Shown here in pieces: positions 40,032 to 48,596 of a DNA stretch of 64,000 nt. The stretch is from positions 13,429 to 77,428 of the forward strand of contig JACXUM010000003.1 of assembly GCA_014763895.1 (NCBI GenBank). The letters run 5' to 3'. Both the position numbers and the translations under genes were made by a program. Numbering within the stretch: the stretch's first letter is position 1; every line of letters starts with the position of its first letter. Under the pieces are notes generated by a model. The model was given only the letters and a program-made list of their open reading frames with translations, was not told the DNA's origin and did no database searches. The stretch is from Campylobacterales bacterium (GTDB taxonomy: Bacteria; Campylobacterota; Campylobacteria; Campylobacterales; Sulfurovaceae).

Positions 40032-41623
40032 TATTTATCTCCAAAAATAAGTGAATTTGGTTTGCGATTGAGCATTTTTAAGAACTCTTTTAGCTCATTG
40101 GAAGCTTCAGTCACATCTTTAAGAGTCTGTGCGATCTGATGTGTCATCAATGACTGATCATCATATCCTTTAAGCACCTCTCTGGCCGTTTTCAATGTTT
40201 TTTCAAGCTCTTTGAGGTTTTTGTCAATCCCGTTTGGCATATCTTTGAAAGATGACTTAGCAGTCAATTTGCTAACATCCTGAAGTATCTTTTGCAGATC
40301 CGTCAAAGCCGAATGCAGCGGTTTTCTGTTTTCTTCTGCGATTTGATTGAGTGAAGCCAAAAGTTTTTGAAGCTCATCCATGACTCCTGCACCGCCTCCT
40401 TTGATCGTTGGAAGGACTACATATTCACCGTTTCTATCCAAAATCTGTTTGGTTGCATTCTGATCAAATAGCAGATCGATATAGAGCATGCCCGTTATTG
40501 GGTCGATAGGGGTTATTTTGGCTTTCAGCCCCTCTTCGATAGCACGATAAAGATTATTTTCGCATACGGTAACATTGTCATCTCTATTTGCCAATGAAGA
40601 AGTATCTATTTCTACCAGTATCGTACCTTGTACTTTGTGTTCTTTAGATGCATAGGAAAGTTTTATATTTTTGACTCTGCCTACTTCATACCCCTCAAAT
40701 TTGACCGGTGCACCCTTTTTCAATTTTGCGATAGGTTCATCTGTAAACATCTGTAATGTTTTCAGATATTTTCCTCCCCGTCCAAGGTTCATTCCTTCGG
40801 CTGCAGCTGCAGTTTTAAAAAGCCTGAAGACATAATTCTCAGGAACCGTATCATTGGCATCCTCGCCTGAAGAAGAAAACTCTATACCACCCTGGATAAG
40901 GTTGGTTGCCGGTGCCAGATTGATATCCAGCCTGCCGTTTGAAAAGTCTATGTCCACCGTGCTTGTGACCCAGAATTTTGAATCGGTATGAATGTAAGGG
41001 ATAAAATCCTTTTCGATATAAACAACAAATTCTATGCTCTGTCCGTCCAATGCGATATGCACATACTCAACCTGCCCTGCTTCAAGGCTTTTGAACAAAA
41101 TAGGCGTACCTTTTTTAATGTTGTATCCACTAGGAGCACGCAACATAAAATAGCCCCCATCTTCCGTCTGACGGTAGGGCTGCTTGAGTCCTACAAACGA
41201 ACGTGCCGGTTTTTCCCCTTCTTGAGCATACATATTGATGTATGTGCCAGATATCAATGTTTCAAGCCCTGAAACACCGCTTACACCAACCTCCGGTTTA
41301 ACAATCCAAAACTTGGTGTTTTCATTCAGATATCTTGTAGCTTGTTTCTCCATCCTAGCAGTGATCTCAACACCTTCTCCGTCTTTTTGCAATTCGATTT
41401 TTTTGATCGTTCCTATAGGGACATCTTTATACTTTATCTGGCTTTGGCCTGCCTGCAGCCCTTCATTTTTGGGAAAAATGATCGTGACCTCTTCACCCAA
41501 TTGCGAAAAATATTGGAATGCCAGCCATCCCGCGATCAGCAAAGCAACGAAGGGAACAATCCAAATCGAGGTGATAAAATTGAATCTGCTTGATTCTTCT
41601 ATATCCGGTACAGGTTGAGGCAT
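40031..41623 (-). CDS. pqiB: PqiB-like multi-MCE-domain protein
   Basis: 530 aa; N-terminal TM, three MCE-like beta-barrel repeats (GLQAGQSQIKYKDVPIGTIKKI etc.), C-terminal helical needle region. Confidence 0.85.
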   Translation of the reverse strand: MPQPVPDIEESSRFNFITSIWIVPFVALLIAGWLAFQYFSQLGEEVTIIFPKNEGLQAGQSQIKYKDVPIGTIKKIELQKDGEGVEITARMEKQATRYLNENTKFWIVKPEVGVSGVSGLETLISGTYINMYAQEGEKPARSFVGLKQPYRQTEDGGYFMLRAPSGYNIKKGTPILFKSLEAGQVEYVHIALDGQSIEFVVYIEKDFIPYIHTDSKFWVTSTVDIDFSNGRLDINLAPATNLIQGGIEFSSSGEDANDTVPENYVFRLFKTAAAAEGMNLGRGGKYLKTLQMFTDEPIAKLKKGAPVKFEGYEVGRVKNIKLSYASKEHKVQGTILVEIDTSSLANRDDNVTVCENNLYRAIEEGLKAKITPIDPITGMLYIDLLFDQNATKQILDRNGEYVVLPTIKGGGAGVMDELQKLLASLNQIAEENRKPLHSALTDLQKILQDVSKLTAKSSFKDMPNGIDKNLKELEKTLKTAREVLKGYDDQSLMTHQIAQTLKDVTEASNELKEFLKMLNRKPNSLIFGDK

Positions 41624-41665
41624 AAATCAATCTTCCTTTTTTTGTAATTTTATCACATTTCATTT

Positions 41666-42265
41666 TTATCTTTCACCTTCAATCAAACGTTCATCAAAGG
41701 CATGTGCGGCCAGCAGTGTAAAAAAGACCGAAAGTGAGAAGGCAGTTGCTGCGGTTCCGGCGATGATATGGATATTTGCCAAATGAATCAACGCAGCAAG
41801 GATCGCCACTACAAATACGTCTATCATCGACCATGGTCCGATAATCTCTGTTAGATAGTAAAGCTTATATTTATTGACCCGTTTATCTCTTCCCAAAGGA
41901 TATTTGACACTCACAAGCAAATAGATCAAAATGAGAAATTTTAAGATCGGTATGACTATGGAAGCAAAAAATATGACCAGTGCGATCGGATAGGAACCGT
42001 GTTCCCAAAGGGTTACCACCCCTCCTAAAATCGTACTGGAAGTCGCAGCTCCAAATTGCTGTGTAACCAGCATCGGGTAAAGATTCGCAGGGATATAAGC
42101 GATCATTGCCGTAATAAGATAGGCCCAGCTTTTATGTGTAGTATACTTTTGTCCCCTATACAGAATACTTCCGCAGCGACGGCATTTCTTATTGGGACCT
42201 CTGTCGATATTTACAGCCTCGCATACATGACAGCGAATCAAATTTTCTTCATCAACTTCTATCAT
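41666..42265 (-). CDS. pqiA: PqiA-family membrane protein (second half-size paralogue)
   Basis: Trimmed to MIEVDEEN start; zinc ribbon CHVC...CRRC followed by 4 TM. Confidence 0.8.
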   Translation of the reverse strand: MIEVDEENLIRCHVCEAVNIDRGPNKKCRRCGSILYRGQKYTTHKSWAYLITAMIAYIPANLYPMLVTQQFGAATSSTILGGVVTLWEHGSYPIALVIFFASIVIPILKFLILIYLLVSVKYPLGRDKRVNKYKLYYLTEIIGPWSMIDVFVVAILAALIHLANIHIIAGTAATAFSLSVFFTLLAAHAFDERLIEGER

Positions 42266-42905
42266 CTCTATCCTCTTGCGTAAACACCCGCTTCCTGAGC
42301 ATCCAGATCTCATATGTATGCAAAGTCCTTGTCATATACAAATCCAGCAGCACAAAACCTATCAATGCCCAAAAAGAAACCCCCATATTGATCTGTGCAT
42401 ACCCTACCAATTTAACCAATGCGACCAAAATGCTCACCAAAAAAATATCGCTCATACTCCACGGCATGATATGTGAGAGTATCACAAGCATCTCTTTTGT
42501 GATATTTTCTCCTTTTTTTGATCTAAGCAGTGCAAAAAGCAGACTGTTGATCAAAAAAATCATCATTGGAAAGATAAAGATCAAAAACGCACAGATAAAT
42601 CCGACAAAATAAAAATCATTCGTAAAAAGGCTCCAGATCGTTTTAGGGATCGTAATGAACTGCTCATGACCGAGAATCTCTATCTTGACCAACGGAAATG
42701 AATTTGCCAATATGAACAAGATCAATCCGCTGATACTCAGTGCCAGCCCATGTTCTGTTAATTGACTGTCATATCGGTAGAGAACATTGCCACAGCGTGT
42801 ACAGCATGCTTTGGCCCTCTCTTTTATCGCTATCTCTTTGTGAAGCGTATGACACCGTCTGCAGATAATATAATCGTCTAATGCATCTTCGTTTTCAAGT
42901 TTCAT
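42252..42905 (-). CDS. pqiA: PqiA-family membrane protein (first half-size paralogue)
   Basis: Zinc ribbon CRRC...CTRC then 4 TM. ORF-track start is TTG 42929; ATG 42905 is preferred (start uncertain). Confidence 0.75.
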   Translation of the reverse strand: MKLENEDALDDYIICRRCHTLHKEIAIKERAKACCTRCGNVLYRYDSQLTEHGLALSISGLILFILANSFPLVKIEILGHEQFITIPKTIWSLFTNDFYFVGFICAFLIFIFPMMIFLINSLLFALLRSKKGENITKEMLVILSHIMPWSMSDIFLVSILVALVKLVGYAQINMGVSFWALIGFVLLDLYMTRTLHTYEIWMLRKRVFTQEDRDDRS

Positions 42906-42982
42906 GGCTATAATTATATCTGATATCAAAAAGGTTGTATACTATTTTAAATGATATTCTATTACTCAATCAGGAATCAGAA

Positions 42983-43666
42983 ATGAAAATTCTTTCTATC
43001 GGTAAAGTCATCCATTCTGGTGGTCTTGATATTACATCTATAGAGGAATCTTCTCTTTCATCGTTTGATAATATAGGGGCATATGATTATGTCATTATCA
43101 ATGGTGGCGACGGAACGATCCGAAGAGTGCTCAAACAGCTCCATTCATTAGACCATCCTCCTGTTTTCATACTCAACCCTACCGGTTCTTTCAATGTCGT
43201 CGCAAAGATACACCGTGCCCCCAGGATCGAAACCGTACTCGACATGCTCTTGCGAGGCCAAATTCCCAAAACGGAAAAACACCATATCTTTAAGCTCAAT
43301 GACGAACTGTTTCTTTTTTCCGCAGGAAATATGGGAGATCTGCAGCATATCTTTCTATCCGAAACATTGCGTTTTGGCATCCTTGAAAAAGGTCCATACA
43401 AATATATTCTTGCCCTGCTTTTCCTATTGCCGGTTCATCTTATCATGACCCCTTTCATGCTTGCCAGTCCCAAACGTTTTTTTATCTTCACGCCACTGAG
43501 ATTTATCAAAAAACTTGGAAGCTTCTACGGTGAAGTCCAAAAAGAGATGTATTTCGATCTGGATAACGAATACAATATGCTTGAACTGGACGGTGACATA
43601 GTCACGGTCCATGGAAGATACCTGTATATCAAACAGGCAGGAAATGTTTCCATCGTAACGCAATAA
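42983..43666 (+). CDS. diacylglycerol/lipid kinase-family protein (DAGK catalytic fold), short
   Basis: Trimmed to MKILSIGK; VIINGGDGTIRRV motif. Confidence 0.65.
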   Translation: MKILSIGKVIHSGGLDITSIEESSLSSFDNIGAYDYVIINGGDGTIRRVLKQLHSLDHPPVFILNPTGSFNVVAKIHRAPRIETVLDMLLRGQIPKTEKHHIFKLNDELFLFSAGNMGDLQHIFLSETLRFGILEKGPYKYILALLFLLPVHLIMTPFMLASPKRFFIFTPLRFIKKLGSFYGEVQKEMYFDLDNEYNMLELDGDIVTVHGRYLYIKQAGNVSIVTQ

Positions 43667-43734
43667 GCCGTATCCATGCCTCTCGCCTGAAAATAACAAT
43701 ATATTATAAATTTAATAATTTTTACTTAATTGTA

Positions 43735-43763
43735 TTGACTTTTGAACATGTGTCCGTTATAAT
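43735..43763 (+). promoter_or_regulatory. sigma70-type promoter of the DUF134-cyd operon
   Basis: TTGACT (43735..43740), 17-nt spacer, TATAAT (43758..43763), 44 nt upstream of the ATG. Confidence 0.65.
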
Positions 43764-43775
43764 CAGGCTTACATT

Positions 43776-43791
43776 TTGAACATATGTTCAA
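43776..43791. promoter_or_regulatory. perfect 16-bp palindrome operator TTGAACATATGTTCAA
   Basis: Self-complementary 16-mer 12 nt downstream of the -10 box; extra half-site TTGAACAT at 43742..43749 inside the promoter spacer. Confidence 0.55.
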
Positions 43792-43807
43792 TATTTAAGG
43801 AAATACA

Positions 43808-44116
43808 ATGCCACAATACGGAAGAAAAAAGATCATTCGCACGATATCCAAAGATCATACGCAAGTCTGTTTTAAACCGTGCGGTATCAAAAGGATGTAT
43901 CTGGATAGGATCGGTCTGGATACCGATGAGATGGAAGCGATCCGCCTCAGCGATTTTGAAGGACTCTACCAGGAAGAGTGTGCCAATCGTATGGGCATAT
44001 CCAGAACAACTTTTTCAAGGATACTGACAACCGCACACAAAAAAATAGCCGATGCCCTTTTACACGGAAAAGCCATCGTCATGAGCACAGAAAATAAACC
44101 AAAGGAAGACAAATGA
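43808..44116 (+). CDS. DUF134 (UPF0251) putative DNA-binding protein
   Basis: 102 aa; FKPCGI, DEMEAIRLSDFEGLYQEECANRMGISRTTFSRIL, GKAIV match DUF134 layout (recalled). Confidence 0.85.
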   Translation: MPQYGRKKIIRTISKDHTQVCFKPCGIKRMYLDRIGLDTDEMEAIRLSDFEGLYQEECANRMGISRTTFSRILTTAHKKIADALLHGKAIVMSTENKPKEDK

Positions 44117-44531
44117 AAATAGCCATACCCGTAAAAACAAATAAAGAAAATCCGGCAGTTGCCCCGCTTTTTGGCAAAGCCAAATGGTTTGCATTCATAG
44201 AAGAAGACGGAAAAGTGACGATCGAACCCAATCCGATACCTGATGGACAGGCCGTCATACGATGGTTCATAGACAAAAAGTCGATACCGTCATCATGCAG
44301 GAGATGGGTATAAACCCCTATAGAAAGATCAAAGAATATGGCGGTATACGTCTTTACCACAGCGGATTTGAACGCATCACGCTTGATGAAGTTCTCAAAG
44401 CATTTCATAACGGCCAGCTTCCGCTACTTGATGATGCTGTGATGGCACAGATCATCAAACACCATGAAAGCAGACATACGCATGGCGGACACTCTCACGG
44501 TCACGGACATGAACATCATCACCATCATTAA
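44113..44531 (+). pseudogene. NifX/NifB-type (COG1433) cofactor-binding-domain protein with His-rich tail, frameshifted in an A5 run
   Basis: ORFs 44113..44313 (MKIAIPV...APLFGKAKWFAFIE...) and 44262..44531 (...VDTVIMQEMGINPYRKIKEYGGIRLY...) are the two halves of one NifX-like domain. They join if A5 (44275..44279) were A6. Confidence 0.75.
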
Positions 44532-44733
44532 ACAGATCTTGGGCTTTTATCTTGAAGGATTTCAAAGTATGAAAGTCGGTAGACGGCTATGGGCGATTAT
44601 AGCCATCAAATTTATCGTGTTCTTTCTTGTGATGAAATGGCTTTTCTTTCCCAATTATCTGGAAGAGAACTTTTCCAATGACACTCAAAGAGCAGAGCAT
44701 GTGATGAAACACCTAAATCTGGAGGATAACTAA
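44509..44733 (+). CDS. DUF4492 small membrane protein (cyd-associated)
   Basis: Trimmed to MNIITIIKQILGFYLEGFQSM...; LWAIIAIKFIVFFLVMKWLFFPNYL matches the DUF4492 pattern known upstream of cydAB (recalled); TAATG overlap with cydA. Confidence 0.65.
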   Translation: MNIITIIKQILGFYLEGFQSMKVGRRLWAIIAIKFIVFFLVMKWLFFPNYLEENFSNDTQRAEHVMKHLNLEDN

Positions 44734-46259
44734 TGGAAAACTTACTGTTGGTCGATTGGTCAAGAGCCCAATTTGCCCTCACTGCAATGTATCATTGGCT
44801 CTTTGTGCCTTTGACGCTGGGGCTCTCATTTATCGTGGCGATCATGGAGACGATCTATGTCAAAACCGGTTCACAGACCTGGAAACGGATCACCAAGTTC
44901 TGGATGACACTCTTTGCGATCAACTTTGCGATCGGTCTGGCTACCGGGATCATCATGGAGTTTGAATTCGGTACCAACTGGTCAAACTACTCATGGATCG
45001 TCGGGGACATCTTCGGAGCGCCTTTGGCAGTCGAAGGGATCATGGCATTTTTCATGGAATCGACGTTCTTTGCTGTGATGTTCTTTGGGTGGGACAAGGT
45101 CAGCAAGAAAATGCACCTGCTCTCTACCTGGCTTGTAGCCATCGGTTCAAACCTCTCTGCGCTTTGGATCCTCGTTGCCAACGGCTGGATGCAGCATCCT
45201 GTGGGTATGCAGTTTAACGTCGATACGGCACGTTTTGAAATGGCAAGCTTTTTTGATGTTCTTTTCAATCCCAATGCCTACTCCAAATTCCTTCACGCCA
45301 TCGGCAGCGGTTATGTGATGGCAGCATTATTCGTCGTAGGTATCAGTGCTTGGTACCTGCTGAAGAACAAAGAGGTCGTAAAAGCCAGAAAAAGTATGGT
45401 CGTAGGTGCGACATTCGGTTTGATCACCTCTATTTTCCTGATATTCTCAGGAGATGAGTCGGCACACGAGGTTGCTCTCAATCAACCTGCAAAACTTGCG
45501 GCAATGGAAGGTCTTTATGACGGGCATTCGCGTGCGGGGATCATCGCCATGGGACAGCTTGACCCGCAAAAAAAGATAGGTGACGGCAAACCCGAATTTT
45601 TATGGAGCATTGAAGTGCCTTATGCGCTTTCTGTACTGGGATATCACAGTATGGATGCTTTCGTACCAGGGATCGAAGATCTAGTGCTTGGGAATGAACA
45701 AGCTGGTATCGAAAGTGCCCAAAGCAAGATCGAAAAAGGCAAGATCGCCATTGAATCGCTCAAACGCTATAAAGAAGCTCACAAAACAGGTAATTCTACG
45801 GAAGCGACCGAGGCACTTAGCACATTCAGAGCAAATGAACAGTATTTTGGCTACGGTTACCTCAAATCACCCGAAGATATCATCCCCCCGGTAGCACTGA
45901 CCTTTTACAGTTTCCATATCATGGTCGGACTGGGAAGCTGGTTTTTGGTGCTTTTTTTCTTTGTACTCTACTTTGCAATGACGGGAAAGATCGAGAACAA
46001 AAAAATACTCTTGCATTCAGCAATCTGGTCGATTCCGCTTGGATATCTGGCCGGAGAACTGGGATGGGTCGTTGCCGAGGTAGGAAGACAGCCATGGGCG
46101 ATACAGGGTATGCTTCCGGTTGGCATGGCAAGTTCTCAGGTGAGTATCACGGCGGTTCAAACGACATTCTGGCTTTTTGCGCTCATCTTTACGACATTGC
46201 TGATCGCTGAGATACGCATCATGCTAAAACAGATCAAATTGGGAATGGAGGAGCACTGA
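44733..46259 (+). CDS. cydA: cytochrome bd ubiquinol oxidase subunit I
   Basis: 508 aa; RAQFALTAMYHWLFVPLTLG N-terminus, GWDKVS, Q-loop, GRQPW motif. Confidence 0.96.
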   Translation: MENLLLVDWSRAQFALTAMYHWLFVPLTLGLSFIVAIMETIYVKTGSQTWKRITKFWMTLFAINFAIGLATGIIMEFEFGTNWSNYSWIVGDIFGAPLAVEGIMAFFMESTFFAVMFFGWDKVSKKMHLLSTWLVAIGSNLSALWILVANGWMQHPVGMQFNVDTARFEMASFFDVLFNPNAYSKFLHAIGSGYVMAALFVVGISAWYLLKNKEVVKARKSMVVGATFGLITSIFLIFSGDESAHEVALNQPAKLAAMEGLYDGHSRAGIIAMGQLDPQKKIGDGKPEFLWSIEVPYALSVLGYHSMDAFVPGIEDLVLGNEQAGIESAQSKIEKGKIAIESLKRYKEAHKTGNSTEATEALSTFRANEQYFGYGYLKSPEDIIPPVALTFYSFHIMVGLGSWFLVLFFFVLYFAMTGKIENKKILLHSAIWSIPLGYLAGELGWVVAEVGRQPWAIQGMLPVGMASSQVSITAVQTTFWLFALIFTTLLIAEIRIMLKQIKLGMEEH

Positions 46260-46260
46260 G

Positions 46261-47385
46261 ATGTTTGAAAAAATGGAACTTTTAACCCTCCAGCAGTACT
46301 GGTGGTTCATCATCGCGGTACTGGGCGGTCTTTTTGCCTTTATGATGTTCGTACAGGGCGGACAGAGCCTTTTGGGAAGACTGGGCAAAACCGAGGAGGA
46401 GAAAGACCTCATCATCGCCTCTTTGGGACGTAAATGGGAGCTTGGTTTTACCTCGTTGGTACTCTTCGGCGGTGCGCTTTTTGCCGCATTTCCTCTTTTT
46501 TATGCGGTCAGCTTCGGAGGCGCCTACTATGCATGGATGGCGATTCTCTTTTGTTTCATCCTCCAGGCTGTCTCTTATGAATACCGTAAAAAACCGGACA
46601 ATTTTCTGGGGCAGAAGGTCTATGAGAAATTCCTTTACCTCAACGGTTCCCTGGGGATCATTTTAGTAGGCGTAGCTTTGGGAACGCTTTACACTGGCGG
46701 GAATTTTATCAAGAACGAGATGAACCTCTCATCCTGGACACTATCCAGCCATGGATTGGAAGCGCTGCTCAACCCATTCAACGTCGCTTTGGGTTTCACA
46801 CTTTTCTTTTTGGCAAGGGCACAGGCTGGTCTGTACTTCATCAACAACATCGCTGAAGCTTCCATCACCCAGCGTGCACGAAAACAGCTGCGCTACGATG
46901 CGATCTTCTTTTTGGGATTTTTCCTTATGGTTGCAGTGATGCTCTTTACCATGAGCGGAGTAGGTTACGGTACGAACGGATTTGAAGTGGTCAACTACCT
47001 CTTTTTACACAATCTTATCAGCTCTCCTCTGATCCTGACAGGATTGATCCTGGGAGCAGGATTGGTGGTGTTCGCATTCTATATCACACTGTTTAAAAAT
47101 GCAGCCAAAGGAGTCTGGTTCAGCGGTGTCGGTACGATCCTTACCGTGATCAGCCTTCTTTCTTTGTTGGGCTTTAACCATACAGCGATCTACCCATCAC
47201 TCAGCGATCTTGGAAGCTCATTGACGATCGAGAACAGTTCGGGCAGCCACTATACGCTCAGCGTGATGAGTTACGTATCATTGATGGTACCGTTTGTTCT
47301 GGGATATATCTATCTGGTCTGGAGATCAATGGATAAAACCAAGATCACACACAAAGAGGTCCAGGCGGACCATCACCATTACTAG
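46261..47385 (+). CDS. cydB: cytochrome bd ubiquinol oxidase subunit II
   Basis: 374 aa polytopic; LQQYWWFIIAVL start typical of CydB; 1-nt gap after cydA. Confidence 0.93.
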   Translation: MFEKMELLTLQQYWWFIIAVLGGLFAFMMFVQGGQSLLGRLGKTEEEKDLIIASLGRKWELGFTSLVLFGGALFAAFPLFYAVSFGGAYYAWMAILFCFILQAVSYEYRKKPDNFLGQKVYEKFLYLNGSLGIILVGVALGTLYTGGNFIKNEMNLSSWTLSSHGLEALLNPFNVALGFTLFFLARAQAGLYFINNIAEASITQRARKQLRYDAIFFLGFFLMVAVMLFTMSGVGYGTNGFEVVNYLFLHNLISSPLILTGLILGAGLVVFAFYITLFKNAAKGVWFSGVGTILTVISLLSLLGFNHTAIYPSLSDLGSSLTIENSSGSHYTLSVMSYVSLMVPFVLGYIYLVWRSMDKTKITHKEVQADHHHY

Positions 47386-47393
47386 GAGGATGC

Positions 47394-47558
47394 ATGGAAA
47401 CGGTTGATTATACAAACGCATTGCTATGGTATGCCGCATGGCCCGTAGCAATCTTTATCAGTTACAAATTCATTCGATTGAATATCGAACATCTTGAAGA
47501 GTTTATCGAACCACGGATCGAAGAGAAATCACAAAAACAACAAAAGGAGAAAAAATGA
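47394..47558 (+). CDS. unannotated 54-aa single-TM protein (candidate bd-oxidase small subunit)
   Basis: Below the ORF-track size cut-off; my translation is METVDYTNALLWYAAWPVAIFISYKFIRLNIEHLEEFIEPRIEEKSQKQQKEKK. AGGAGGA SD at 47384..47390; stop overlaps the next ATG (ATGA, 47555..47558). Confidence 0.5.
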   Translation: METVDYTNALLWYAAWPVAIFISYKFIRLNIEHLEEFIEPRIEEKSQKQQKEKK

Positions 47559-47920
47559 GACTTGTCTACCCGACAGATGACGCAATGGGTTACCTCAGCA
47601 GACGCGGAGCCCATTTTGGAAAAGCCAAATACTATACAATCATCACTCTGGATGCAGAGCAGATCAAAGATGTAGAGGTCATTGAAAACCCCGGACACAG
47701 CGGCGGTGCCTGCGGCAATGCCGTGGCCAATATCATGGACCTCTCTCCCGATGCCCTTATCGTCAGCGGTATCGGCGGATCACCGGCACAGGGCTTTGCC
47801 AAAGCAGGGCTGGATCTCTACTTTGACAGGGTTTCGGCAACGGTAGAAGAGAGTGTAACACTGTTTATACAAGGCAGACTTGAAAAAAGCAGCGGCAACG
47901 GCACCTGCAGCACGCATTAA
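47555..47920 (+). CDS. NifX/NifB-type (COG1433) cofactor-binding-domain protein
   Basis: 121 aa; AHFGKAKYYTIITL...VIENPGHSGGACG...ALIVSGIGGSPAQGFAKAGLDLYF. Confidence 0.8.
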   Translation: MRLVYPTDDAMGYLSRRGAHFGKAKYYTIITLDAEQIKDVEVIENPGHSGGACGNAVANIMDLSPDALIVSGIGGSPAQGFAKAGLDLYFDRVSATVEESVTLFIQGRLEKSSGNGTCSTH

Positions 47921-48002
47921 TAAAAAGCCGCCAAACCCGGCTACACTAAAACATGCTACAATATGAGGTTAATATCATTCCGGTAACCAAAGGACACCTC
48001 AC

Positions 48003-48596
48003 ATGAGCGAAAAGATCAAAGAGATCATCGATGAGATCGAAGCATTGAAAAACAAACTTGCCGAAGAGCTTGATGCCAAACAAAACGATTTTGCCTATGA
48101 GATCAAAAACGGCTATGTACATTTTGAAAAAGAGGTCTTAGCCAAACAAAAGCTCTACATGAAAGATCTTTTGACCTATTTTAGCGAGATCCCGCCGATC
48201 CAGCTGCTCATCGCGCCGCTGGTCTATGGGATGATCCTGCCTGCGATCGTTTTTGATATGATGCTCTTTGTCTATCAGCAGGTGGTCTTTCGTATCTATA
48301 AGTTCGAATTTGTCAAACGAAGCGACTACATCGTCTTTGACCGCAACTATCTTGCCTATCTCAATATCATAGAAAAGATCAATTGTATGTACTGTTCCTA
48401 TTTTAACGGATTGATGCAGTATGCCTCCCGTATCGCCGCTCAGACCGAACGCTACTTCTGTCCCATCAAGCACGCCAAGAAGATCGCCTATAGCCATGAT
48501 TTCTATCAGGATTTTTTTACTTACGGAGACGGGGTGGACTATCAAAAAAAGCTAAGCCGGATAAGAGAAGAGATGCAGGAGAAGAAACCTTCCTAA
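48003..48596 (+). CDS. hypothetical membrane protein
   Basis: 197 aa; N-terminal coiled coil, one or two TM, Cys motif CMYCSY...FCPIKH. Confidence 0.55.
   Translation: MSEKIKEIIDEIEALKNKLAEELDAKQNDFAYEIKNGYVHFEKEVLAKQKLYMKDLLTYFSEIPPIQLLIAPLVYGMILPAIVFDMMLFVYQQVVFRIYKFEFVKRSDYIVFDRNYLAYLNIIEKINCMYCSYFNGLMQYASRIAAQTERYFCPIKHAKKIAYSHDFYQDFFTYGDGVDYQKKLSRIREEMQEKKPS

Noticed and set aside
41666-42929. Two half-size PqiA ORFs as a frameshifted single pqiA.
   Set aside because: Each half has its own start codon and its own N-terminal CxxC...CxxC zinc ribbon followed by 4 TM. They overlap by 14 nt like coupled genes. This is consistent with a natural split rather than a lesion.
44269-44283. Programmed -1 ribosomal frameshift at GAC AAA AAG as the explanation for the split NifX-like gene.
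   Set aside because: It is only a partial slippery heptamer (C AAA AAG). No upstream SD-like stimulator or downstream stem-loop is visible. An indel is more parsimonious, so it is kept only as an alternative in the finding.
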